64,000 nt of DNA, from contig SMSO01000036.1 of NCBI GenBank assembly GCA_004764695.1, forward strand, positions 1,488,001 through 1,552,000, read 5' to 3'. Within the stretch, counting starts at the first letter, position 1. Every line of letters starts with the position of its first letter. Under the pieces are notes generated by a model. It searched no databases, had not been told where the DNA came from, and was given only the letters and a program-made list of their open reading frames with translations. Shown here one piece after another: positions 54,310 to 64,000 of this stretch. The DNA is from Schizochytrium sp. TIO01. Taxonomy: Eukaryota; Protista; Bigyra: Labyrinthulomycetes. The translations under genes were made by a program, and so were the position numbers.

Positions 54310-55122
54310 TCTTTTAGACTCGTATTGGCAGTGTACTTAATTCTGTATAAGCCCAGTTGACAATCCCCATGTGAAGGGCGTATCGTGAATCCATAAGCTT
54401 ATAAGTCACGGATCTACCTAGACTAGCTTCATGCTCTTGATCGCCAAGGGGGAAATACTGATTAATTTTGGATTGTCAATACTAGTTTACTTTATGCCTG
54501 AATTCTGCAAACCCAAATCAAGTTATATCCTGAACCTTTACAACCTTTTGTCCACCATTTGATGCTCAGTCCGCCTGTGCATTTCATATATTAAACCAAT
54601 ACTGATGACAAACAGATTTAACTTTCAAATATAAGGTTCAGATCAATGCTTGCGTCAACCAGGTCTCTGAAAAAAGAAGCACGAGGTAACACGCATCGAA
54701 GGAGCGAAGGTTTAGCGGTTTATAAGGCCAAGTATGAAGTATGAATATATATTTTTAATGTTTTTAATTTTAAAAAACAAAAAACATGTAGGCCTATATT
54801 CTCTTTTCTTTTATATTTTAACCTGTTAGTATCTTTATTTCATGATCGAGTAGAGAGATATAAATAGGTATATGATATATATGAACTTGAATATCGATTA
54901 TAAAGAATACTTAATGTCGTAGGTAGCGATTATTGCAGCTATCAGATACTACTATAGCTCCTAGTAGCCGGGAAACACTATTATGTCTACTAGAAAGTAT
55001 TTAAAAAAAGGAAAGAAAAAATAGATCTAAGATACTTTGTCAAATCGCAAATCACCGCCTGGCAAAACCGAAACCAGTATCCTGGCCGGTACTCGGAGCC
55101 CTGCCACGTCTTGATAGTCAAA

Positions 55123-56028
55123 ATGCTGCTCTGTCCCAGTGGAGCACTTGTCAGGTTGACAAGACGAAGCACCGGCAAGCATCTCTGGGCGGTGCTGGAC
55201 TCTGACATTGTTGTGCCAGATAACTTCACGACAGACAACAAAGACCCCAGCACGCTCTTCACTAACCAGCACTTCAGTGCGATTGAGTGGACAGAACCAG
55301 GTGTGTACAATATCAAACCTGGTCGAGTCGAGCACGACGCGGATTTTCGCCTTGCTCCACTCACCCCAGCTGTAGTGCCAACGATTTGGGCTGCGGGTCT
55401 TAACTATCGTAAACATGCTGAGGAAACTAAAATGGAGGTCCCTCGCTTCCCAACTCTGTTTATGAAATCAACCTCCACTCTGAATGGGGCCTTTGGAGAT
55501 ATCAAGACTCCTGCAGTATGCAACCATGAAATGGACTTCGAGGGTGAACTTGCGATTATCATTGGTAAGGGTGGTAAAGATATTCCAGTTGAGAATGCTA
55601 TGGAACACGTCCTTGGCTTGACTGTTGCAAATGATGTTTCTGCGCGTCGCTGGCAGGGCCGAAAGGGAGGTGGTCAGTGGTGCAGAAGCAAATCTTTTGA
55701 TACATTTCTCCCAATTGGACCGGGCATTGTTCCGACTGCTGCACTTCCGGATGGAGGTCAGAGTCTTCGCATCCAAACAACATTGAAGCGGCCCGGGCAA
55801 GACCCCCTCTTAGTGCAAAACTCGAGCACAGCTGATATGATTTTCAATATTGCCGAGTTGGTGTCTTTTATTTCCCAGGATACGACCCTGCACCCATTTA
55901 CCGTCATTCTAACAGGTACTCCAGAGGGTGTCGGCTTTACTCGCGACCCGCCCTTGTTTATTGAGCCTGGTGATACTGTGACAGTCTCTATCGAAGGCCT
56001 CGGCGCACTTCGTAACAAGGTAGTGTAA
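55123..56028 (+). CDS. Fumarylacetoacetate hydrolase family protein (FAHD2-like)
   Basis: GLNYRKHAEE, PTLFMK, DFEGELAIIIGK, ANDVSAR, KSFDTFLPIGP, MIFNI, VILTGTPEGVG. Confidence 0.9.
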   Translation: MLLCPSGALVRLTRRSTGKHLWAVLDSDIVVPDNFTTDNKDPSTLFTNQHFSAIEWTEPGVYNIKPGRVEHDADFRLAPLTPAVVPTIWAAGLNYRKHAEETKMEVPRFPTLFMKSTSTLNGAFGDIKTPAVCNHEMDFEGELAIIIGKGGKDIPVENAMEHVLGLTVANDVSARRWQGRKGGGQWCRSKSFDTFLPIGPGIVPTAALPDGGQSLRIQTTLKRPGQDPLLVQNSSTADMIFNIAELVSFISQDTTLHPFTVILTGTPEGVGFTRDPPLFIEPGDTVTVSIEGLGALRNKVV

Positions 56029-56918
56029 GTAAATACGCAAGTAAATAAGTGAGTTTCCTCCTGCTCTGGTTTTAACTCTGCTACCTATGTCCAAATAGTA
56101 TAAGGGCAATGGCGTCTGCAATATTTTCCGCGGCATCAAATAAACAATGTTTCAGAAGGGAAACATGTTCCTATATTGTTGTTTGCTAGGATAATAAAGA
56201 TGAACAGGTCATACTTTCTAACGAGTGTGATTGTTGAGAGGGAAATACAAACTAGAACTCTTTCATAAATCCTACACTCCGAAGGGAGGTCTCCTTTAAG
56301 TTGCAGACCCTATCTAATTAAGTATAAATTTTGTCTTTCTAGGAGCTAAGTGGTATGGTTTGTTTGCATATATGGTCATGACATTGTTTTGTGTGTCTTG
56401 AATCAAATTCAGTAACAACCATAAAGTTGCTAGTTTTAAATATAATAATTATATTATATATATAATTTTATTATTATTTTTTTAATGTATATTTTAATAA
56501 CACAAAAAACGAACAGAACAGAACACGGTTTTCTTATGCGCGTGATTGAGAAGCAAAAGTCAACCAAACCATTATCTCTATTTTAGAACCTCTCCAAGTT
56601 GACCCGTCCTCGCAAACAAAACCATAATCAGGAACCTCACGTTTTGCTTAGTTTCCCCATCAGCACATCTTTCCCAATGGGTGTCCCCGGCGGGTTCCCT
56701 AAGTTGTGCACTTGGATCCGTTTTTTACTCCGCGGTATGAAAAGCACACAATAGAGCGTGAGCGCATTAAAACTTTTCAAGAATGAGGAATTTCGTGAAA
56801 GTTGTGGCCAAGGCTTGACAAAGTACGTCCAATTTCCTTGGCAGGCAAGGCCTGGCAGCCCCGAGGCGCTGTAGAGGAGGCACGAAGGCGCTGCCGAGTG
56901 AGAGGTCAGTTAGGATAA

Positions 56919-58322
56919 ATGAATGTCTCCACTTTGATCGCACCAGGTCAGTCTGACGCAAACACAAGGGAGCTTTTCCAGAGAGTTGCTTTGTGCGAAG
57001 ACAATGTCGTGTGGAGGAAAAGAACAAGTGGTGGAAGACCTGTGCGCATGAAGCAAAGTCGCTCACTGGCATTGGTGACAGAAACCCCGCTCTCGAGCGA
57101 CTTTCTTGATGGTCGCTCATCAAGATATGACACAAAGATGGTTGCCCCTACAGGTAAAGCATGCGTAGCACTACATCAAGACGCATCCAGGGAGGATGGG
57201 ATTCTCCCAGGATCAGTGTCAAGTATGAACAACTCCTTCTCTGCATCGACACTCTCCTGGCACCAGAAATGCAAGCTGCCCCCCATGGAAAATGCTATAG
57301 AGCGCCCTCAAAGCGTCCAATATCTGCGAGACTTTTTTGTTCCAAATCGTCGAAGGCCTCGCACACAACTGGGCTCTCGCTCTTTGCTTCAGCCTTCATA
57401 TACGTCCTTAGGTCGGTATGACCGTGAACTAATTGCTACGGAAATTCTTACAACACAAAAGTATGCAGAAGAAATTGGAGAGCATGCTCCAGCAGCAGAT
57501 CTCCTTGACGCTCACAATAAATTACAACCTGATCAAATCCAAAGCCAAAATTTCAATATTGATAGCACTGAAGACCTTCTAGATTTTGAGACCAGTCAGG
57601 GTGTTATGCAGGAAAATAACAACTTGGTTGACCCGGATCCAGCAGTACAACTCGCAGTTGAACCTTCTAGAGAACGATGTGAAAAAGGATATCCAGTTGA
57701 CGAAGAAGAGTTTGAGTTTGATCCTAGCGAAATTCGTAGGCTTCGTATCGAATCTGAGCAAGCATACCACCAACAACGAGCAGACCAAGTTCGTAAAGAT
57801 AAGATTCGCCATGAACGCATGCGCTGGGAGGCGCAGGATCGTGCTGAAGAGCGAAGACGCAAAGATCGTGAACAACGAGATGCCAAATGGCAAGCTGAAC
57901 GGTCAATTCATATAGCTCTTCAAAGAGTCAGTTCTAAAGCCCGAGACCATGCTATAAAGTCAATAAAAGATGATAAAAGGAAACTTCAGGAAAGAAGACA
58001 CTTGGCTGAACAAGCATGGCATAAGGAAATGGCGCTGCGGGTTTCATACCTTCGGAAACATCGTGCTGATGTTCGTATGCAAGCGATTGGGTCTCCCTCT
58101 GGCATGCGGAGTCCTATAAAGCTCAAAGAATCGACCATTGCTGCTCAAGATTTTCTTGACCCTATTGGAGTTGAGGACATGATGCAGAGTTCATTTAGCG
58201 GTTCAAGAGAGTTCCCTCCTGCACACCGAGGAAATAGAGACATCCTTGGTGGTGGCTTTAATCGTGCTATTGCTGCCAACAAGGTGTGGAAATATTCGAT
58301 CCCACAAAACGGGTTTTTCTAA
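56919..58322 (+). CDS. Hypothetical protein with charged coiled-coil region
   Basis: 467-codon ORF with an R/E/K/Q-rich helical segment; no recognised motif. Confidence 0.65.
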   Translation: MNVSTLIAPGQSDANTRELFQRVALCEDNVVWRKRTSGGRPVRMKQSRSLALVTETPLSSDFLDGRSSRYDTKMVAPTGKACVALHQDASREDGILPGSVSSMNNSFSASTLSWHQKCKLPPMENAIERPQSVQYLRDFFVPNRRRPRTQLGSRSLLQPSYTSLGRYDRELIATEILTTQKYAEEIGEHAPAADLLDAHNKLQPDQIQSQNFNIDSTEDLLDFETSQGVMQENNNLVDPDPAVQLAVEPSRERCEKGYPVDEEEFEFDPSEIRRLRIESEQAYHQQRADQVRKDKIRHERMRWEAQDRAEERRRKDREQRDAKWQAERSIHIALQRVSSKARDHAIKSIKDDKRKLQERRHLAEQAWHKEMALRVSYLRKHRADVRMQAIGSPSGMRSPIKLKESTIAAQDFLDPIGVEDMMQSSFSGSREFPPAHRGNRDILGGGFNRAIAANKVWKYSIPQNGFF

Positions 58323-58605
58323 GACACCATGAACTTAGACATTTGATTTATCTAGAGTCTTAGAAAATCTGAAACCCATATTTCTTCGAAGAATAGTCCT
58401 GTAGCCTCCGACCTATTTGCTCCGTGGTGACTGTTTTTGATTAAATCTCAAACTTTACATTCAAATTAAAAATGAAACTGTATTAAGCCTCGGACATAGC
58501 TGCCAAGGCATACATGCTCCAAGTGATTGGCTTTACATTTTTAACTCGAGTATCCTTCTTGTTTGTTTTCTTTATCTTGTTATGTGTTGTTCACGTTTTA
58601 TACAA

Positions 58606-59803
58606 TTACATGGCCACTGCGCGCTTCGCATCCTGCAGCATCTTTTCATCTGCTTCCTTTATTAAACGATGTAACTCTTTTTGCAACCTAGATGCCTCTA
58701 CTCGCAAGCCATCGTCCTGAGCAGCAGCTGCAGCTTTCCCAAACCAAACCTCCGCAAGTCGATAATCACGTTCAACTCCTTGCCCGTGCGAGTGCAGCTT
58801 TGCAAGTTGCAGCATTGCTGGAGCAAATCCATGCTGCGCAGACTCGCGAATCTGTACTGCAGCTTTCTTGAAATCCTGTTTCATGCCTCTTCCAAATAAC
58901 ATCATAACACCGCTGTAGTACTTTGCTTGGATGTGGCCTTGTGCTGCTGCCTTTGAATACAGTTCAAAAGCGCGAGCGTAATTTTGGCGTACACCAAGAC
59001 CATATTCATACATGATGCCAGCATTGAATGCACCTTCATTATTTCCTGCTTCTGCAGATTTGTCAAACCAATACGCAGCTTTCTGAAACTCAGGCTGCGA
59101 AGCCTGAGTTCTGCGCCCAATCAATCCATCAAAATATAAACGACCTAACATCCACTGTGCATCTGAGTCACCAAGGTCGGCACCACGCTCAAACCAGCGC
59201 CCTGCTGTCTGATAATTTGCCTCCGTACCCATACCACGGTAGCTCATAAGTCCTAAATTAGTCGTTGAAGGGACATGATTCTAGGAGAAGAAGTTTCCAA
59301 ATGTCAACCAAAATTAGTATATCAAGTTCAATTTTGTCTTGTACACCTTAAAAGTAGGATGAAATATTGGGATAAACCCATCGAAAAACTTTACTTACCT
59401 GAGCAGCTGCCATTGAAAACCAGCGATATGACTCTTTTTCATCAGGGCGTACGCCATTTGCCCCGTAGAGCTTTAGAAGCCCTGCCGTATACTGAGCTTC
59501 CATTGAACCTTGTTGAGCACGGTCCATAATCCGTGCAAGGCTCGAAGGGTCAGTTCCTTTGGGGAGCTGATCACGGCCTTGGAACCCTTGCAGGCGAGCA
59601 TCGGTAACTTTCTCAGCACTAAGTTGAGCCTTATTTGGGTGAGCCAGCACTGCCATCCACAAACACAGGATGACGGCTAGGCGCAGGATCCCGAACCTCG
59701 AACAAGCTTTATGAGAGAACAGTCTCCATCGTGACGGAAACAACAGTGGGACGCCCATACCTCTACTTCCTTGCGTGCTGTGGCTCACGTATGCGTGTAC
59801 CAT
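58606..59803 (-). CDS. Sel1-repeat protein with signal peptide; join(59399..59803,58606..59280), start may be 59758
   Basis: AQYTAGLLKLYG, AQWMLGRLYFDG, FNAGIMYEYGLGV and further Sel1 repeats. Intron 59281-59398 (GTAAGT...CTAG) joins AAAQ|NHVPSTTNLGLM in frame. Confidence 0.85.
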
Positions 59804-60203
59804 GACAAGAGATACTGGGAGCTTAGAGAATCACCAGGCCAGGAGACTTTATTTTATTCCGTTGTCATCCGTTAAACAAATAATTTTCTCTTGTAGTAAT
59901 ACCTAAGCAATATGTACATATAACTTTTATCATTATCAAAATCAAACTCTAGCCTATTATAAGCAGCCATGGCAATTGCATCATGTCTCTAAGCAAGACA
60001 CAAACCTCAATCGTCGGTAGCTGCAGATCTTACCCCAGGAGAGGCCTTTGTTCAATAGGCAACAACAAAGCAACAAAGAGTACAAAATAAATTTACCCCA
60101 GTTCACTTTAGGCCCTGGCTGGAGCCACAGACACCTTTGCCAAGGGCTCTCTAGTAAAAAAATAACTACTGGAGTCGTCAGACAATCTTTGTAAAAACAA
60201 AGT

Positions 60204-60932
60204 ATGAAGGGTGAAGACTCAAAGCGTGCGCGAATTGAGAAGGGTGCATTTCAGGACGCCGTCGAAGTTCCTAAGCATACAGAGGAGAGCCTTAGTGGAC
60301 AATTTGAGACTGATTCGCCAATCAAGGAAGGAGACAGTCTTTGCGATGCTTATCTCAGTGAAACAGAGGAGGAGCTGGAGGAATTTCTTGCAGCTTCCAA
60401 AGGGGGAGACTCTACAAAGGCTATGTCCCTTCTCCAATATCTTGGCCCCGAAGATGTAATAGATCAAATTGACAAAAATGGCAATACTGCTTTACATTTT
60501 GCTGCTCAGAACGGCAATGTTCAACTTTACAAAGGTATTGCAACGCTATGCCCTAGTGCTATAAATATAGAAAATATGAATGGACACACGCCACTAGTAT
60601 TGGCTGCTGCAGTTGGTTGTTTGGCCATTGTACTTTGGACTCATGATTATCAACGAGAAGACGTTAAGCGTAAGACGTTTGGACGGGCATACTTTGCATG
60701 TACAACGTGTGGACTCTGTTTGAATGGTAGAGAAAGGTTTGCTGCACGGGTTTGCAGCAAAAATAGAGATCATAAGTGGGATGGTGAAATGCTTCCGAGG
60801 CATATTATATTTGTGAGGGCAGTTGACTTCGCAGAAGCTATTAAGCTCTTTAAAACTGAACAGAAGAAAGAGGGACCTCGTCCTCATGGTTGGTGGTGTA
60901 AAGATGAAAATTCATATACAAATACGCACTGA
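60204..60932 (+). CDS. Ankyrin-repeat protein
   Basis: DKNGNTALHFAAQNGN and NMNGHTPLVLAAAVG; small Cys/His-containing C-terminal region. Confidence 0.8.
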   Translation: MKGEDSKRARIEKGAFQDAVEVPKHTEESLSGQFETDSPIKEGDSLCDAYLSETEEELEEFLAASKGGDSTKAMSLLQYLGPEDVIDQIDKNGNTALHFAAQNGNVQLYKGIATLCPSAINIENMNGHTPLVLAAAVGCLAIVLWTHDYQREDVKRKTFGRAYFACTTCGLCLNGRERFAARVCSKNRDHKWDGEMLPRHIIFVRAVDFAEAIKLFKTEQKKEGPRPHGWWCKDENSYTNTH

Positions 60933-60937
60933 AAAGA

Positions 60938-63900
60938 TCATGCGCAATAACAAACCCTTCGGTCTAATTTGTAATCTGGCTTTTGGGAACACGCACTAGC
61001 ATATATTCCATTCTTAGATCCGTAATATACTAGTTCGGTGGAAAATGGAAATCCTACAAACACGTTATTCATTCGTGAATAGATTGGTGAAGCTAACTTA
61101 CAACCACCCATCTCATTTGTTACTTTATTGCCAGTAAGATCTTCAAAAAACCCGGTGCACTCATCATCTGCAGGGTCATTTACAGTAACGAATCGCCATC
61201 TCTCAGCACAGTCACCGTCGATGCAGCAAGAATAAATGATCTTGTAGGACCCCACAGTCGTCAAATCAACCACATCGCCAGTGACACTAACATTCGCGTC
61301 TGAATTGCGACATGCGGCACCCGGATCGGTCCAAGATTCAGTCCGCATTTCTTCAACTGCAAAGATGTCACCCTGCAAAATAATGTCATTATCTCCAAAA
61401 AAGAAGTTAGAGGTACCAGTATATCCATCCAAACCTTGAAGAATGCCCTTTTTACATGCACAATTTGCTCGGCCATTTTCTCCTGACATTTGAAAGATTC
61501 CGCCCAATTTTGGCAACCCGCTATCAGTTTTATTGTAAATCACATCTTGTGGACTACACCATCGTTGGAGGGCTATTCGCGTTTTCTCTAAACATGAATC
61601 TAGATCAGTTATCTCTGCCATCTCTTCTGTCTGGCAGGAGAGATCAAATGTAGCGCAAACATTATCACAAGACCTTGCTACTTGAGACCTCTCATATGGG
61701 TCGATGTACCAGCCTGCACCATAAGCTGAACCAGATCCTGTACAGTTACCAACCGTTATCTCTTCGTCGTCACAATCTGCTCCATTTCGTACTAGATTCA
61801 TATCAGCATCAGGAGATTGACAGGTAGACACGGTAGAAGAAGAGGCATCCCCAAAGGAATCTCCATCGAGATCCCAATACCAAGTCTGGGGTGAACAGTC
61901 TGTGCAGGTTAAACCCACCTCACATTGGTGCACGCGATGTTCTTCTGTGCTGAGAAAATACTGAGGGCATGCAAACACCGTTGGAGGGCTAGCAGAACCA
62001 TCTAGACAAACCATCCGGGCAAAACTATAGTCTGTGCTTCTCGTCCCTGACGCCTCAAGGGTTTCCTCAATTGAAGAAAATGTCTCCGTGAAACCCAGTA
62101 AATCATACATGGATGAGTCTGCTTCTGGCAATGCAAACGTTCCGATAAGGATATCTGCATCATAGACGTAAAGAGTAGCTTTTGAAAGTTCTATAGGCCA
62201 ATCAAGAAGTCTATTTTCAATATAGAAAACATACAAACTGCTTGCCATTTGGTCAAAGCGAATTGTCTCATTAACATATCCAGAATCAAAATTTGCATCT
62301 CCTAGGTGTCGCGCACTTCCGCATTTACTATTTACGTCAGCGATGCTTGACACAGTACATGTTTTGGTATCGCTTGCGTTAAATCGAACCTTTAAGTCTA
62401 AATCTGCCGGTGCTTCGCATGCTGAAGCGTTTGTAGCTGTGCAAACGAAACCGTCATTCCATACCAGACGTACAGATATGCTGGATGCATTAGCAAAGGT
62501 TGGGCTCGTCGTGGGAGAGAGCGTCGTTGGCCCTTCGGTTGGTGAAGTGCTAGGCAAATCAGTTGGGTTCAACGTTGGGTTCATCGTGGGTGCTGCAGAA
62601 CTGATACTAGGAGAGTTACTTGTGGGCACCAATGTAGGTGCGGAAGTTGAAGCACTTTCATTCCGCGCATCACATGCTGGGCATGTTCCTCCGCCACAAT
62701 CAATCTCAAGTTCTTCTCCGTCTAAGATATTATTGTTACATGATGCAAGCCCGGGGCCAACACTGATATTTTGTTCAATGAGAAAATCACAAACCTCGGC
62801 TCGAGAGCTTTCTTGCATTATAGTGATTTCACTACCGAGTTTCGTAGCCAAGCCTATACCAATACCTATCAAAGCAACAATTACCATCACAACAGCAACT
62901 TTAGCACTTCGAGGATGGTGGAGCACCTTGCCGTCATGTTTTATCTCACGATGAAGATCAAGAGTCGCGCCCAAGCCAACAAATAAAATTGTCATATACC
63001 ACATTCCACCGCCTGCAATCAACGTACGAAATGTATAGAGGGCAGCGCTTACTGATACACAACATGCTGAATCGACACAACCAATTAAACAAGTATCTGC
63101 AATCGAATTGTTCATTTCGATTGTTTCCCAGGAAACGGTTGTGAGCATTTTAGACGTGGTAGAATTCGTTGTAATACGCTCACAGACAGGCGGATTTAAT
63201 TCTGTTATGCCATTTAACGGAATGTATTTTTCACAGGAAAAATAATCTTCAAACCAAGAGCGTCCCATCAGTTTTAATACATTGGCACATTGCTCATCGG
63301 ATGCTACTTCTTCGTCATATGTGTGTGCTGCGAGACCTATGAAGCTTACAAGGGCAAACAACGTCATGACAGAAGACAGGCCTCCGTGAATACCAAGCAT
63401 CTTCTTGTTTTCAATCCATCCAGCAAAAAAACCATAGATCGAAACTGCTGCAGCAATTATGCCCCAAATGGCAGCAACAGCAATCCACGACGTTGAGTTT
63501 CCAGATACTTTAATTGTAGCAGAAAGAAAGGCAACTCTATTGTTCATCATCAGTGCAGCAACCATGATAAACATTGCGCCAAGCAACATCCATAGGCAAC
63601 ACAATTCTTGTAACGATTGAATGATAATGTACCATGTAACAATGCGTAAACTCAATAGCATAGCAAACGCAGCCACTGGTATCATAACAAAGCCCAAGTA
63701 TACGCCGGCTTTCGCATAATCAAGGTCAGCGGAAGATGTGCACACCGTTTCAGCATGTGTTGAAAGCAACACCGATCCAGTTGACAGTACCACAAGCGAC
63801 ATTGCAATCCATGTACCGTGAAAGAATATTTCTAGGAGATTCTGTCCAGGAGTATCAAGACCATCAAGGTCATTCAGAAGATCATTAGGGACACGTTTCC

Positions 63901-64000
63901 AACCATAGAGGCCTACAGAGGCCATTGCACATACGAAAAAACAACCTCCACCAAATGCTTGAGCAATGGGGCATGTACTAGACGCGCTTAAACTACCTGC
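60938..64000 (-). CDS. Large multi-pass membrane protein: tetraspanin-like TM region plus extracellular adhesin-like modules; 5' end beyond the window
   Basis: Frame is open to the window edge. SIYGFFAGWIENKKML is tetraspanin TM2-3-like, followed by a Cys-rich loop, then SCNNNILDGEELEIDCGGGTCPAC, a Thr/Pro stalk, VRLVWN..DLDLKV..NETI, WYWDLDGDSFGD..DCDD and WTDPGA..VDLTTVGSYKIIY. Confidence 0.75.
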   Translation of the reverse strand, partial: AGSLSASSTCPIAQAFGGGCFFVCAMASVGLYGWKRVPNDLLNDLDGLDTPGQNLLEIFFHGTWIAMSLVVLSTGSVLLSTHAETVCTSSADLDYAKAGVYLGFVMIPVAAFAMLLSLRIVTWYIIIQSLQELCCLWMLLGAMFIMVAALMMNNRVAFLSATIKVSGNSTSWIAVAAIWGIIAAAVSIYGFFAGWIENKKMLGIHGGLSSVMTLFALVSFIGLAAHTYDEEVASDEQCANVLKLMGRSWFEDYFSCEKYIPLNGITELNPPVCERITTNSTTSKMLTTVSWETIEMNNSIADTCLIGCVDSACCVSVSAALYTFRTLIAGGGMWYMTILFVGLGATLDLHREIKHDGKVLHHPRSAKVAVVMVIVALIGIGIGLATKLGSEITIMQESSRAEVCDFLIEQNISVGPGLASCNNNILDGEELEIDCGGGTCPACDARNESASTSAPTLVPTSNSPSISSAAPTMNPTLNPTDLPSTSPTEGPTTLSPTTSPTFANASSISVRLVWNDGFVCTATNASACEAPADLDLKVRFNASDTKTCTVSSIADVNSKCGSARHLGDANFDSGYVNETIRFDQMASSLYVFYIENRLLDWPIELSKATLYVYDADILIGTFALPEADSSMYDLLGFTETFSSIEETLEASGTRSTDYSFARMVCLDGSASPPTVFACPQYFLSTEEHRVHQCEVGLTCTDCSPQTWYWDLDGDSFGDASSSTVSTCQSPDADMNLVRNGADCDDEEITVGNCTGSGSAYGAGWYIDPYERSQVARSCDNVCATFDLSCQTEEMAEITDLDSCLEKTRIALQRWCSPQDVIYNKTDSGLPKLGGIFQMSGENGRANCACKKGILQGLDGYTGTSNFFFGDNDIILQGDIFAVEEMRTESWTDPGAACRNSDANVSVTGDVVDLTTVGSYKIIYSCCIDGDCAERWRFVTVNDPADDECTGFFEDLTGNKVTNEMGGCKLASPIYSRMNNVFVGFPFSTELVYYGSKNGIYASACSQKPDYKLDRRVCYCA

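Overview
Gene-dense, intron-poor eukaryotic (protist) genomic DNA. Gene content (CatSper-type channel, GCR1/cAMP-receptor-like GPCR, ADP-dependent glucokinase), moderately GC-rich CDS with AT-rich spacers, and sparse 5'-biased GT-AG introns suggest a stramenopile such as a thraustochytrid; this is inference only. About 25 protein genes are supported: three 19S proteasome-related genes (UCH37, RPN10, RPN3), VPS28, an RRP43-like exosome subunit, FCF2, an organellar GluRS, TMX3-like oxidoreductase, a lipase, an FAH hydrolase, and Sel1, ankyrin and MORN repeat proteins. No tRNA, rRNA, CRISPR or recognisable transposon was found. The most notable observations are: (1) a PP2C phosphatase fused to a reticulon domain; (2) a small protein resembling the animal CPI-17/PHI-1 PP1-inhibitor family; (3) a five-SH3 scaffold carrying an apparently intact CHAP-like Cys-His-Glu domain, with a stand-alone tandem duplicate of that domain next door; (4) two genes broken by a +1 frame change at or near a TTT codon; (5) an RPN10 start codon apparently split by an intron (A|TG); (6) a tetraspanin-like protein fused to bacterial-type adhesin modules; (7) a bacterial-like DUF402 gene. 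All family assignments are from motif recognition by eye; no database searches were run.
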